A DNA stretch of 64,000 bases. Origin: Octopus vulgaris (taxonomy: Eukaryota). The notes beneath the pieces were generated by a model, which saw only the letters and a program-made list of their open reading frames with translations, made no database searches and was not told the DNA's origin. Below, in pieces: positions 41,655-56,112 of this stretch. The stretch is taken from positions 82,522,001-82,586,000 of the forward strand of contig OX597825.1 of the NCBI GenBank assembly GCA_951406725.2, written 5' to 3'. Every line of letters begins with the position of its first letter. The first letter of the stretch is position 1. The position numbers and the translations under genes are program-made.

Positions 41655-41854
41655 TATGTATGTATGTACGTATTTATCCATTTATGTGTGTATTTATTTA
41701 TTTGTGTATTTTTGAGTATGTGCCTATATGTATTTGCGTGTGTGTTTATGCATGTATGTATCAATCCATCAATTTATAATTTTTTCTTTACATCAGCATG
41801 GCCATAGCCTTATGGCTGAAAAATATAAAGGAATAAAAGAATAATACTGAATTT

Positions 41855-42112
41855 CACCACCATGGCATCACCAGCAGCAGCAGCATCAGCAGCACCAGCA
41901 CCTCTACTAACACTACCATCAGCACCACCAACTTCAAATACCCAGATGCACACCACACCAACACCACCATCAGTAACATCAACACCATCTAACCAATACC
42001 ACCAAAATTTACCATCACCACCATTACCACCACCACCGCCACCACCACTACCGCCACCACCACTACCAACACCATTGCCACCACTACTACAACCACCGCC
42101 GACAACAACATT
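41855..42112. repeat. Degenerate (CAC/CAG)n low-complexity repeat
   Basis: Trinucleotide-derived tract. Confidence 0.8.
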
Positions 42113-43150
42113 ATCAAGAACAACTGATTGTTATTTTCTTCGCACCTGCCATACTCACTTAAGTATTAAACCGTTATCATCGGAATTCGAACGTTAGCAG
42201 AAGATACACAAATGCACCTCCTATCCTTATGTAGTTCAGTGTCCTGCCCTTTCTTTACACCAGGCAAAATAATATCCTATATTGGGAAAAAGACCAAGTA
42301 TTTGTTAGGTAGGGGAAGCATTTTATGTATGAAGCATTTTATGCTTAAAACCAATATCATATCGTTTTTTCTCCTTTTCTTAATATACTTCAATCCACAT
42401 ACTTATTGATATTAAATGTTACATAACATCTTCAATAGTTGTATTTAAGAGCGTTTGAATTATAGATGAAGGTAAGGAAATAGGGGAAATATGGAGAGCT
42501 CTTTCAAGCACAGAATATATATCAATGATGTTAAGTATTTCTAATAACTTTAGGTAAAAACAGGTTATCCATTCTGAATAAAACTATAATTAAAGGCCGC
42601 AAGAAATTCAACCGAAATCTAGATGAAATTAATCTGCCGCAAAGGGCAAGATAATTTTTTTTTTTACCAATATATATATCCAGAAGTTAATCTCTTAATA
42701 TTTTATACAATGTACATATATGAAATTCTTATTTGATTACAATAGAACTAAGTATAATATATTTTCCTACCAGGAGAATAAGATATTTTATATGAAGGAG
42801 GGAAAAAAAGGATCTTTTGATGTAGATTGATTACAGAACTATATCCCTGGAACCTACTTCACAAAGAATCGGTTAATTATGAGAATGGCCGAATGATGAT
42901 ATTTTCTAAGAAGAGGAATCATTCAATGTAGCCTTTAGTTGTGTAATTATATGTTACACGTTCACTAGTAATATGTATGTACATACGTGCCATACATACA
43001 CACACACACACACACACATATATTTACCATGGTAAATAAATGTATAATATTATATATAAAATTATGTACGTACGTACACACGCGTAAACCCATATATACA
43101 TCAATACAAATATTCTTCTCCCTTTATATATACATATATGTACAAATATG

Positions 43151-43227
<77 letters not shown>

Positions 43228-43524
43228 GTGCGTACATGTGCATACATGTATGCATACATACGGGTACACATCTGAATGTATATGAATGCATACATAAGCA
43301 GAAACACATTCATATATGCATACGTATGTATATATACCTATGTATACACATGCATACAAATGTATAAATACATATTCTTACACTTGCATATATATCTATA
43401 TATATGCATATGTATATATATATGCATACATATATGTATGTATATATATAGATAGACAGATATATATGTATATGTAATATTCATATGTGTTTGTGTATGA
43501 ATAAATATATTAATGCGCACACAC

Positions 43525-43561
<37 letters not shown>

Positions 43562-44117
43562 TATTAACGCATGCACACATACCAATTAATAGACACACGC
43601 ATATTTTCATACATATATGCGTGTTAATATCGGTGTATATATGACTCTTTTCATGTATATACGTTCGTTCGTTTCTGTGTGTGTCTGCGCGTGTACATGC
43701 TCGCGCGGGTGTATGTATTTATGCGCTTGTGACGTGTTTGTCTGAAAAGATATTTCGTGAGATTCTCCTCTCATGGAAGCCATGTTGTTAACGACGTCCT
43801 TGCAGGAATTACAAGAATATTGGCAAAATAGTAATAGTTGCTGGAACAAATTCAAATATTCTTCACGGGAATCGATTGGGAGATTTCCCTTTCAGTCTGT
43901 CGTAATTCCAATTCTTTAGCATGAATTCGGGATTTCATCAATACAATCTTTAATTTCCCAAACGTACATCCATAAGAATGAATAAAAACCGCCCTACATA
44001 TCTGCATACTTAAAACAGATATTTCACAGCACACACACACTCAGAGCGAATGAGACGCTTCATAACTATGCATAATACATCAAGAAGGAAAGAAAGACCC
44101 ATATACAAGCACATACA

Positions 44118-44182
<65 letters not shown>

Positions 44183-44243
44183 ATATGTATATATATATAT
44201 ACATATATATATACATATATATATATATATTATATATACATAT

Positions 44244-44331
<88 letters not shown>

Positions 44332-44694
44332 GTATATATATATTATGTATTGATATATGTGTTATTGAATCGCCCGAGAGTCTGGACGTCTGTTTCGCTG
44401 TACCGTTTTCATTTTAAGATTTAATGCGATAGATCCACCTTCCTATACTATACTACAGATTCCATGGACCTTCACGGGTGAGGAAATTATGTAAGTGGTG
44501 GCATTCCTCTCTCTCTCTCTCGATCAGACGTTTCTGGTCCCCAGATAATTTTGTAAGAACACAAATTCGAGTCATGAAATGGGAAAAAGAAAGGGTGAGA
44601 GGGAGAGAGGAAGAGAGAGAAAGAAAGAGTGAGAGAGAAAGTCCGAGTGAAAGAGCCTCTGAAAATGGAAATAACATCACTGATTCTCTGTCTC

Positions 44695-44794
<100 letters not shown>

Positions 44795-45006
44795 TATATA
44801 CATACATACATATGTACCCATATAGACATACAGGCGCACCTTAGAGGGTACAATGTAGGCTTAGATATACCTACATAATGTGAAGCTTACGTCCATATAT
44901 CAACTTCAATGCTCAACAGAATCTTAATTCATAACAAAAAACAAATTCCATTTGAATAAGATTGAAACTGAAATCATAAAGAATATGGTGTTTCAGAGAA
45001 TTATAA

Positions 45007-45089
<83 letters not shown>

Positions 45090-45404
45090 GCAAGATTTTT
45101 GCGCAAATGAAGACATACAATAGAAATACAAAATGGCTGACGGTTAGTAAGGAGAGACACAAATAAGAAAGAAGAAAACAAAGGACCACTGACGCGGTCA
45201 CAGGAGTGTTACGAAAGAATTCTGGCCGAAATAAGATTAAGATTAATGTAAAAAATAAATAACACTGAAGCAAAATAACACCAAATATATAGTGCGTGTG
45301 TTTTTATTGGCTAAACTGGCAAAAATGACCATTCCGAAATATAACAATATCTGTTTCAACACACGACTTCACATAAAAAAATCTTGCACAACAAATATTT
45401 AAAC

Positions 45405-45440
<36 letters not shown>

Positions 45441-45487
45441 TTACTCTGTCGATGTTGCTAATCCGTCGCGCACTTACACTTACAATA

Positions 45488-46158
45488 AGGCGACGAGCTG
45501 GCAGAAACGTTAGCACGCCGGGCAAAATGCTTAGCGGTATTTCGTCCGCCGTTACATTCTGAGTCCAAATTCATAATTTTATGATTGTGAAGGCGTGTGG
45601 TTAGGGCATTCGGCTCATGGTCGTAAGGTCGTGAGTTCAATTCCCGGCGGCGCGTTGTGTCCTTGAGCAAGACACTATATTTCAGATTACTCCAGTCCAC
45701 TCAGCTGGCAAAAAATGTGTTGTACCTGCGTTTCAAAGGGCCGGGCTTGTTACACTCTGTGTCATGCTGAATCTCCCTGAGAGCTACGTTAAGGGTAAAC
45801 GTGTCTGTGGAATGCTCAGCCACGTTAATTTCACGTGCAAGCTGTTCCATTGGTCGTATCAACTGGGACCCTCGTCGTCGTAACCGACGGAGTGCTCCTA
45901 GTAATTTTAGTATTGTAATGAAAGTGGCGAGCTGGCAGAAACGTTAGCACACCGGGCAAAATGCTTAGCGGTATTTCGTCTGCCGCTACGTTCTGAGTTC
46001 AAATTCCGCCGAGGTCGACTTTGCCTTTCATCCTTTCGAGGTTGATTAAATAAGTACCAGTTATTCACTGAGGTTGATCGATATAATCGACTTAATCCAT
46101 TTGTCTGTTCTTGTTTGTTCTCTCTGTGTTTAGCCCATTGTGGGTAGTAAAGAAATAG
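45488..46158 (+). mobile_element. SINE A head (45488-45572), SINE C (45588-45897) and SINE A (45925-46158)
   Basis: SINE C is flanked by the imperfect TSD TAATTTTATGATTGT / TAATTTTAGTATTGT. Confidence 0.85.
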
Positions 46159-46239
46159 GTTGTTAACAGAAGACCAAAAATCAGCCATGAATACCAGCCT
46201 TCAATCCCCGGACCATTATATATACATGAGGCAAAAGAT

Positions 46240-46510
46240 AACGGACACCTTCAGCCAGAAATAACCGTGGGATTGCACCTAGAAAGTTTCCCTCTGAGCA
46301 ACAGGTCTGTTTATGGAAAACTAGCTACTGCTTCCCTCTCCTCTCTACCGATGTTATCCAAAGGGAAGGCAGAGAGGACGATACAGCTTGGCACCAGTGA
46401 CGTCGCAACACATTCCTACAACTGAATGAAGTGGAGAAACGTGAAATAAAGTGTTTTGCTCAAGAAAACAACACACAATCCGGTCTGGGATTCAAACTCA
46501 CTGCCACCGA
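46240..46510 (-). mobile_element. Interspersed repeat family E
   Basis: Reverse-complement similarity to 59938-60128 (CACTGGTGCCAAGCTGTATC, GTGCAATCCCA). Confidence 0.65.
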
Positions 46511-46528
46511 ACCAAGTACCTCCAACAA

Positions 46529-46921
46529 GTGGAGGCGCAATGACCCAGTGGTTAGGGCAGCGGACTTGCGATCGGAGGATCGCGGTTTCGATTCCCAGAC
46601 CGGGCGTTGTGTGTTTATTGAGCGAAAACACCTAAAGCTCCACGATGCTCCGGCAGGGGGTGGTGGCGACCCCTGTTGTACTCTTTCACCCAAACTTTCT
46701 CTCACTCTTTCTTCCTGTTTCTTGTCCCTGACCTCCTACGCAACCGCTGAGCCTGGATGCGCATTCATCCATCCTTCGATGCTCTCGGTGTCGGGGGGTT
46801 AACCCGCTTTCTCTTCTGCGGTTCTTACGAATAGCAAAGGACCGCGTTTCGGACTTCTCCCACTACAGAGGCTCGATCTTGTGAGCTCTGGGACGAAGAC
46901 CGCTTCGCTCAACAAACAAAC
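46529..46921 (+). mobile_element. tRNA-derived SINE family D with (AAAC)n tail and TSD
   Basis: A-box TGACCCAGTGG, B-box TTCGATTCCC. TSD AAG(T/C)ACCTCCAACAA at 46514-46528 and 46922-46936. A second fragment lies at 48215-48375. Confidence 0.85.
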
Positions 46922-47969
46922 AAGCACCTCCAACAATACAGTGTAATCTCCCCTTGGAGACTGGGTAGTTTCTTGACTTCGATAAGAAGGCAATCAAATA
47001 TGAACCATGAGAGAGAACGGTAAATGACGAAACACGGATCAAATACAGCAGCGGGGTATACTGTCTGACTCTTTACCTGTTCTAATAATATTTCTGTACC
47101 TCTTTTAAACATACGAAAACAACCACCCTCCCGTAATGTGTTCACATATACATTATACACGCTTGCCGTTTACCTGGTCTCCATCAAGAACAACCATTTG
47201 TATTGAATACCGATATAAAACTGAAGTGTTTATTATACAAGCCATTCATTCCCTTCGTTCATTATACCAACGAGACATTCTCTACTTTAATTTAATTATA
47301 TGTATCATGGAATTTTAATGAGATACTATTGACTATCACAGAGTGTAATTAAGCGAGGTATATCGGTAAAACAGCTAACTACTGTAAAAATGTCAATAAA
47401 ATGCTGTTTACTTCTTTTGTTCAATAATAGTTATCTGCAATGGGATGCGTAGAGTGTAATTGAAGAGGTGGAGAAGAAAGAGTTAAAAGGCATTATACGT
47501 TGATAGCTAAAAGGAATTTAATAATAAATTATGTGTAACAAAGCATAAAGAGATTTATTTTTATCACTATTATCATTATTACTCTTATTTATTATTGTTG
47601 CAGTTGGTGACGTCTATATTATCATCGTTCATCGTCATCATTATTATTACGATTATTATTATTGTTGTTGCTGTTGTTGTTGCTGTTGTTGTTGTTGTTG
47701 TTGTTGTTGTTATTTGCTGTTTTTGAAATAGTGACAGAAAATTTGCGATCGTGTCGATGTTGAAGTGTATGAAATATGGTTTGCGTCCAACATGTAGCAG
47801 CGCCACGATCGGCGCATGGTCTATTTTGTAGTGCTTTCATATACATACATACATATATGCAAGCATGCATGCATGCATACATACATACATACATGCATAC
47901 ATACATACATACATACATATATGCAAGCATGCATACATACATACATACATACATACATACATGCATGCA

Positions 47970-48002
<33 letters not shown>

Positions 48003-48050
48003 GCATGCATACATACATGCATGTGTACATACATATATATGTATATATAT

Positions 48051-48084
<34 letters not shown>

Positions 48085-48653
48085 GATAGTGTGCATTTAA
48101 ACACAAGTGAAACTACCTATAACAGGTAACTTTGCACGCTAGAAGAAGCAACCAAAACGACCAAAGCCAGGGTGGATGAAAATATATCTTACAATGGCAC
48201 CTGTAAGAACGGCTGTAAGAACGCAGTTTCGATTCCTAGACCGGGCATTGTGAGTGTTTATTGACCAAAACACCTAAGCTCCACGAAGCTCTAGCAGGGT
48301 GGTGGTGGTGATGGTAGTGGTGAACCCCGCTGTACTCTTTCACCACAACTTTCTCTCACTGTTTTTTCCTACTTCTGCCACAAAGCAGAGGAACCATGGT
48401 GTAACCCACTATGTTGTGGTAAACTTTCAGACCCTAGTCTAGATTGCGAATCCTCTGTACTTCAGGATGGTTCAGCTCTCCGCCCGTTAAAAGGCACCCT
48501 TTTACGGAATGAGGATAACGACGTAGCACTCGCGCCTGTGCAACCGCCAGTCTATCGCGTGTGGTGGGTGCATCTTCAAGTTGACACACGCACTCTTAGT
48601 AGCTTAAAGTAGGCTCGAATTAGAGATTTTTTGTGGCTTCCTGATTGGAAGCA

Positions 48654-48849
48654 GAAGAAGAAGAAGAAGAAGAAGAAGAAGAAGAAGAAGAAGAAGAAGA
48701 ATAAGAAGAATAAGAAGAAGACGAAGAAGAAGACGAAGAAGAAGAAGAAGAAGAAGAAGAAGAAGAAGAAGAAGAAGAAGAAGAAGAAGACGAAGAAGAA
48801 GAAGAAGAAGAAGAAGAAGAAGAAGAAGAAGAAGAAGAAGAAGAAGAAG
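48654..48849. repeat. (GAA)n microsatellite
   Basis: Directly visible. Confidence 0.95.
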
Positions 48850-49453
48850 GAGAAGATAGCAGCAACCCCAATGATTTGTAAACAACGACCACAAATAGAA
48901 TCCGTAACCTACCTACTACAACAATACACTCATTTCGAGAACAGTTAGATCCCTAATTATCAACGACAAAACTTTAATGGGGCTTCGATAATGAGATAAG
49001 AGGATCTCTTAGCAAAATACTAAATACGTTGCGTTAGGGGACAGAATTTACATGGTAATTACATGAAGTTCGTATTATATAAGAAACCGAACGACCACAA
49101 CGTTTGTTCATTGGCATGGCTTTTAACGTTAATTGGTCTGGCATTCGCTAAACAGCCGATAGAGCAACAATGGGAATTTATAAGTTTGAAACGAATTTAA
49201 TCCAGCTTAAATGTAGAAGTTGCGCATTTCGGAGATTTTAATTTAATAATATTGAAATATGTCTATAGATTTCTGTTACTTTTTTTTTTTTACATATAAA
49301 CATGGTGGAATAATGCGTGAAGTGAAAGTTATAATAATGATGATGATGATGATGATGACGATCATAATAATAATAATAATAATAATGATAATAATAATAA
49401 TATTATAAGAATGATTATGATGTTGATGATAATAATAATAATAATAATAATAA

Positions 49454-49484
<31 letters not shown>

Positions 49485-49833
49485 AAGGAGTAAGAGAAAC
49501 CTAGCAAACTCTTCGACCGTAACAGATGTGTACATGAGAGCTAAAACTATATCCAGTTCGATTTAAACAATCAGCGACAATTATAATTTGATTAGTAATC
49601 TAGATCTATATATGCCTAGATGCGTGTATACATACACATATACATACATACAAACATACATACATACATACATACATACATACATACATACATACGTACT
49701 TACGTAAGTACTTACATATATACATACAGGAATACATGTATGTATGCATTTCTGCATACGTACGTACTGATATGCATACATTCATACATACATACACATA
49801 CACACGTATCTCTCTGTCTCTCTCTCTCTCTGT

Positions 49834-49867
<34 letters not shown>

Positions 49868-50016
49868 ATGTATATGTATATATATGTATATTGATAAGCA
49901 ACTGTACGTATGTATCTATGAACAAATCTGCACATATACATTTCTACATACATACATGCATACAATTACGCACACGCATATATATATATATATATATGCT
50001 TATATATATATATATG

Positions 50017-50060
<44 letters not shown>

Positions 50061-50210
50061 AATACACATATATATGTATATACATAAGTACATTAGGTTA
50101 TATACTCACACGAATGTATCTATGAACAAACGTGCACATATACACTTCTACATACATACATGCACGCACACGCATATATATATATATATATGCATATGTG
50201 CATATATGCA

Positions 50211-50246
<36 letters not shown>

Positions 50247-50827
50247 CACAAATACACATATATATGTATATACATACATACATTAGTTTACATACCACAC
50301 GCACACGCACATACACACACAAACACACACACATACGTGTATATATATCCTTACCAGTATGCATACCAGTTTAAGCTTTCAGTCAAGAAAGAAATTTAAT
50401 ATAAACAAGTTAAAAATCGAAAGTAATTACTTTGTCGTCCGATCTTAATTCCATTATTCATAATTGAAATCCAGACAACGAGTAGAGTCTGACTTGTTAC
50501 ATAATGCAAATCGTTGTTTGGCTCTTGTTGGACAAAACTTTCCCTAATTATACCCAATAAATTCGTCGCAAGAAGTTTCACCATATAGAAAACCTATATT
50601 CACTGTATGGGCAATGATAAATCGTATTATATCAGCGACAATGATAAATCGTATTATCTCAACAATTTTTTAAATAAAATATTAATGGTTTACTGACAGC
50701 ATTAAATATGCAATTCTTTAGTCAACGTTCAACATAAAAAAAAACGTAAAACAAAAATCTGGTGAGGTGATATAAAACGAAATTTCTTACTTTCAAATCA
50801 TTCTACAGTGAAAATGTTTACAACAAT

Positions 50828-50980
50828 AGACGCAGGAGTGGCTGTGTGGTAAGTAGCTTGCTTACGAACCACATGGTTCCGGGTTGAATCCCACTGCACC
50901 GCACCTTGGGCAAATGTTTTCTACTATAGCCTCGGGCTGACCAAAGCCTTGTGAGTGGATTTGCTAGACGTATATATGTA

Positions 50981-51020
<40 letters not shown>

Positions 51021-51247
51021 GTTTGTGTGTCTATGTTTGTCTCCCAACATCGCTTGACAACCGATGCTGGTGTGTTTACGTCCCCGTAACTTAGTGGTTC
51101 GGCAAAAGAAACCGATATAATGAGTACTAGGCTTACAAAGAATAAGACCTGGGCTCGATTTGCTCGACTAAAAGCGGTGCTCCAGCAGAGCCACAGTCAA
51201 ATGACTGAAACAAATAAAAGAGTAAAGAGTATATATGTATATATATA

Positions 51248-51328
<81 letters not shown>

Positions 51329-51540
51329 GTATGTGTGTATGCGTTTCTGTGTGTGTGTTCCCCCAACATCACTTGACAACCGATGCTGGTGTGTTTACAT
51401 CCCCGTAACTTAGTGGTTCGCCAAAAGAGGCTGATAGAATAAGTACTAATCTTACAAAGAATAGGTCCTGCGGTTGATTTGCTCTATTAAAGTCGGTGTT
51501 CCTGTATGGCTTCAGTCAAAATGGCTGAAACAAGTAATTG
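50828..51540 (+). mobile_element. SINE B with duplicated microsatellite and 3' half
   Basis: The 3' half CTTGACAACCGATGCTGG occurs at about 51050 and again at about 51370. Confidence 0.85.
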
Positions 51541-51860
51541 AGAAAAAGACAGTAACAAATAATTCCTTATATAATCCATTTATTGTTTCGATCGTTTGTG
51601 ACCCCTTTTATTCATATCCAGTTCTGTTTCAATAAAGGTTTACAGTTTAGACTTGTAACTCAAACTTTAGCAATTGAGCGTTTCAACATTTTTGTAATAG
51701 AAATTTTTAAGGGTTCTCAAAAGTATGTAAGAACACATCGCCTACTTCATGGCTCCTTGGACACGTGTTTTCTACTATAACCCGTGTAAACCGAGTCGAC
51801 CGTGGCCTCTCAGTACATCTGGTAAGGTAGTCCTCTATACACACATATACACACATACGA

Positions 51861-51890
<30 letters not shown>

Positions 51891-51894
<4 letters not shown>

Positions 51895-52985
51895 GTTGAA
51901 TGATTTATCCTAGTATGGATAATTCGGTTAACCGATACCCGCGTAGCAAATTTACGTCAGAAAGCACGGTTGAAGCTACATGCCAAGGGCAGAAATCACG
52001 TGCTTTCGTGTGGAAATTTGTGTGTTTTTTTACTATAGATAAATGAAAGAATGGAGTCGAACGACGATTTAACAAAATTCCTTTATTCTCGACACATGTT
52101 TCGAAGACTGCATATTCTTAATTCCGAATGAATAAAGGGTGCATTATGCCGTCTTCTCATCAGGAAAGACAAGGAACTTATGTCAGCATCATGACGAACA
52201 AAAACTTTTAGATGACTGCCCACACGGAGTCCATATTAATAATGAGTGTTTCTTAAAAATATTCCGTTACAAGCAGTGACGTCAAAATTGGTTGGATGGA
52301 TAAGATTCTAAAGAGTTCAAGAGTTCAAGAATGGTTGGAAGCGGCAAGTACTAAGAATAGGGGGGTGACAGAGTGCAAGTCGTATGTATGGTGATGCGTT
52401 GTTGTTTGTTTTTGTCAATGAAATTATGTGAGTGTATATGTGTGTGTGATCGTTTGTGTGGGGGGATCAATGCAGTGACAGGTTTGTGCCTGTGTGTTGG
52501 TTGTGCTTATGATAGAGAGAGGGAGAGAGAGAGAGGGGAGAGATAGAGAGACAAAGGTAGAACATACCCCAAGGAATTTGGTAGTAGGTCTTCAAATAAC
52601 GGAGTATAAAAAAAAATTGTCTATGGTGTTGTTGCAGATGTGGAACCAAATTATTAAATTCAAGGAGGTTATCTATATTAACCATCATTCATATGAGTTG
52701 AAGGTGTGTTTCTGCCAGTGCATGCACCTATAGGATTTCTCTACCATTGTGTTTACTAAAGGGAATTTGGCGAAGAGTATATAGTAAAGCTCGGAATTAC
52801 AGACGGCACAATATTTTCTGCACTTATCAAAAGGAAAAGAGACAGACAATATGGACCATTCCAGCTTGAAAGTTATATTGCTGTCCTTAAGACGCCAAAC
52901 TAATTTACTTAGTCCTGTGTTTTGTTGTTTTCTCTTATCTTGGAAAGTTGAATAATGATTATTCAACTTTCGCTCTGACTGAAAA
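51891..52985 (-). mobile_element. 5'-truncated Penelope-like element (Neptune type) with GIY-YIG C-terminal region and terminal repeat
   Basis: ORF 52685-52990 reads NHYSTF...NTGLSKLVWRLK...WSIL...CAVC..E...CMH..K, the pattern of the Neptune PLE endonuclease C-terminus. The element ends at (TA)n. Confidence 0.8.
52087..52167 (-). ncRNA. Type I hammerhead ribozyme motif in the PLE terminal repeat
   Basis: UUUC-CUGAUGA-GAAGAC...GUCUUC-GAAA-CAUGUG-UC|GAGA. Confidence 0.75.
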
Positions 52986-53460
52986 ACCAAGGAGTGGCCA
53001 AGATCACGGAGGTATTCGATGATTTTCTTAGAGACACAACAAGGAGTTTACGGACACATACACACACGCATACTTAACACAGGATTTAAATGCAAACAAC
53101 TCTAGGTTTCATGCTCTGATAGTAGAATAGTCGGGTTAGTTTGTATACCATGCCGTGTATTATAATATAAACATGCATGCTCGTATATATGATACCAATA
53201 AATTAATTACAAACTTCAAGAGAATGATTCCCTATCTGCAAATAAACCGAAAATTATGAAATTACTACTTCACAAAGATTATTTCTGTAGGGACTACCTT
53301 ATACAGAGTGTATATGAGAAGCTCAAAACAGCGAAAGCTCGGAAGCAGACACTTTCTCTAACGGTGCTGGATTACATTGCTAATTTTTAAATCTGTTTTA
53401 ATATATTTAATAACTTTTAGTTAATGTCCTGTTTTCAAATATTAAGAGGATGTCAAGGAT

Positions 53461-53525
<65 letters not shown>

Positions 53526-54372
53526 ATATACATATATATATATATATTTATGTTTATGTTTGTGTTTGTATATATGTGTATGTGTATGCGTGTATGTATG
53601 TATGTATGTGGTTTTAAAACACAATCTAAATTTGGGTATTAATATTCTAATATATTTACAAAATGTATATTGATAAATATGATTTTGGTTTTAAACAGAG
53701 CACAAAAAAAACATCAACGGTTTTCTAAATATGACGTTAAAGATGCATTTCGTTACTTATTGGATTAAGCAACACGAATCGCTCAAGTATATTCTGTTCA
53801 ATTCATTGTGTTTTTTTTTTATTCTACTATTCTATTCTACATAATAACACAAATGTTGAAGGATCAGACTGTATATATCAAATTTCCACTTATGAATTAA
53901 GTCAGTCGGGAAAAGATAATTTACAATGACTTCGAAATTAAATTTATATGTTTACCATAAACTCAAGAAAATCAATATTGTAGCAGAGATTTCTAAGGAC
54001 ATTCTAGAACGTTAGAGCAATTTAATATTTACGTTCATCCAGATAAATGTAAGTAAATGAAACAAGTTGTGTACAGCTTTAATAACTGTGTAATGTGTTC
54101 CATAAATATTATTATAAATGATTACATGAAGTGATGGCGCAGTAACATTAAATATTTAGGTCTGTCGCGTTATTTATGAACAACAATAGCACAACTATCT
54201 CGGTACCGTTCAATATTACCAGAACCGAAAAATTCGATTTATATTAACGTGATCGATACACAAATGGTAACTTTACACGGCATATTGTGCAAGTATCTTT
54301 TGCTAAAGACGTTTTCCCAGTGGCAATGACTTGTGAATGAATTTGGTAGACAGAAACTAAATGAAGCTCGTT

Positions 54373-54421
<49 letters not shown>

Positions 54422-54511
54422 CAATATATATGTGTACTATATATATATATATTTACACACATGTATATGTGTGTGCGTGTGTGTGTACAGTTTAGGACAA
54501 TCAGTCAGTGA

Positions 54512-54588
54512 TAATAGGACTCAGAGTTTCAGATGCCGGAGCTAAGTGCTAAGAACTAAGAACTACGATGCATTCTCATCGGCTATTA
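54512..54588 (-). ncRNA. Type I hammerhead motif with a U4C core variant
   Basis: Stem I UAAUAG/CUAUUA; core CCGAUGA; stem II GAAUGC...GCAUCU; GAAA; stem III ACUC-U-GAGU; GUC triplet. Confidence 0.6.
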
Positions 54589-54939
54589 ATAGACTCTCTA
54601 AAAATACTGTGGAATAAAAGGGAAGCTACACGAAGAGGTTGGAAAAAGATCAAAAAAATACCCAGAAACATATTCTCACAATACATAGACAAAAAAACCT
54701 CCTGCGTTCATAACGTCTACATACTTGCACACCCACACAAACATGTATATATGCATGTCCATACACAAGAAACATATATGTGCATGTACGTACTCATACG
54801 CATAGCCACACACACACACTCACACACAGATGCATTTGACACTCTTAGAACTTTTATGACAACCTACTGATTGTCCTAAACTACACATATATAAATATCA
54901 TCTTTTATGTTTTCCTACGTCGAAAGACACCCCCGCTCT

Positions 54940-54994
<55 letters not shown>

Positions 54995-55005
54995 CCTTTC
55001 TACGT

Positions 55006-55073
<68 letters not shown>

Positions 55074-55194
55074 AGAGCGGGGGTGACTACAGTACTAGTC
55101 CTGTAGAAGCTCCTTCTATATAATAAATTAATTTTACTCTGCTATGTATTGAGTACCTTACTTACTGTGGTTAACCCCGAATCAACCCGGGACC

Positions 55195-55240
<46 letters not shown>

Positions 55241-55251
55241 CCTTTCTACGT

Positions 55252-55304
<53 letters not shown>

Positions 55305-55384
55305 GGTCCCGGGTTGATTCGGGGTTAACCACAGTAAGTAAGGTACTCAATACATAGCAGAGTAAAATTAATTTATTATATAGG

Positions 55385-55435
55385 AGCTTCTACAGGACTA
55401 GTACTGTTTCATTCAAGAGAAATCTTCAGGAAGCT
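55385..55435 (-). ncRNA. Type I hammerhead ribozyme motif (left arm)
   Basis: Reverse complement of 55934-55984. Confidence 0.7.
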
Positions 55436-55933
55436 ATTTAACAAGAATTGTATTAGCATTTATACATTTAGGCAGGTTTAAAGGAGTGGTGGTGGGGGAC
55501 TTTTTGGGGGTAGGCATAGCGCAAAATATCATACTTGGGGAGTGGTCAAGGAGTCAGTGGTAAGTTAGAAGAAAGAATAGATAAATAAAAAAATAAAAAA
55601 ATAAAAAAATAAAAAATAAAAAAATAAAATAAAAAAATAAAAAAATAAAAAATATAAAAAATATATATAAAAAAATATATATATAAAATATATATATATT
55701 TTTTTATATATATTTTTTATATTTTTTATTTTTTTTTTTTTTATTTTATTTTTATTTTTATTTTTTTTTTTTTATTTTTTTATTTATCTATTCTTTCATC
55801 TAACTTACCACTGACTCCTTGACCACTCCCCCAAGTATGATATTTTGCGCTATGCCTACCCCCAAAAAGTCCCCCACCACCACTCCTTTAAACCTGCCTA
55901 AATGTATAAATGCTAATACAATTCTTGTTAAAT

Positions 55934-55984
55934 AGCTTCCTGAAGATTTCTCTTGAATGAAACAGTACTAGTCCTGTAGAAGCT
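55934..55984 (+). ncRNA. Type I hammerhead ribozyme motif (right arm)
   Basis: Stem I AGCUUC/GAAGCU; core CUGAAGA; short stem II UUC-UCUU-GAA; GAAA; stem III ACAG/CUGU with loop UACUAGUC; GUA triplet (after 55978). Confidence 0.7.
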
Positions 55985-55999
55985 CCTTCTATATAATAA

Positions 56000-56073
<74 letters not shown>

Positions 56074-56077
56074 CGTA

Positions 56078-56112
<35 letters not shown>

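Larger units (their letters stand above)
54928..56001. repeat. Chain of three adjacent or overlapping palindromes built from PLE-like terminal repeats
   Basis: IR1 54928-54945 / 55068-55085; IR2 55089-55198 / 55301-55407; IR3 55371 to about 55690 / about 55690 to 56001. Confidence 0.9.

Noticed and set aside
41862-42197. Ala/Pro-rich 111-aa ORF
   Set aside because: Derived from degenerate CAC/CAG repeats; no domain or splice support.
48604-48948. Poly-Lys, poly-Ser and poly-Leu ORFs
   Set aside because: (GAA)n microsatellite.
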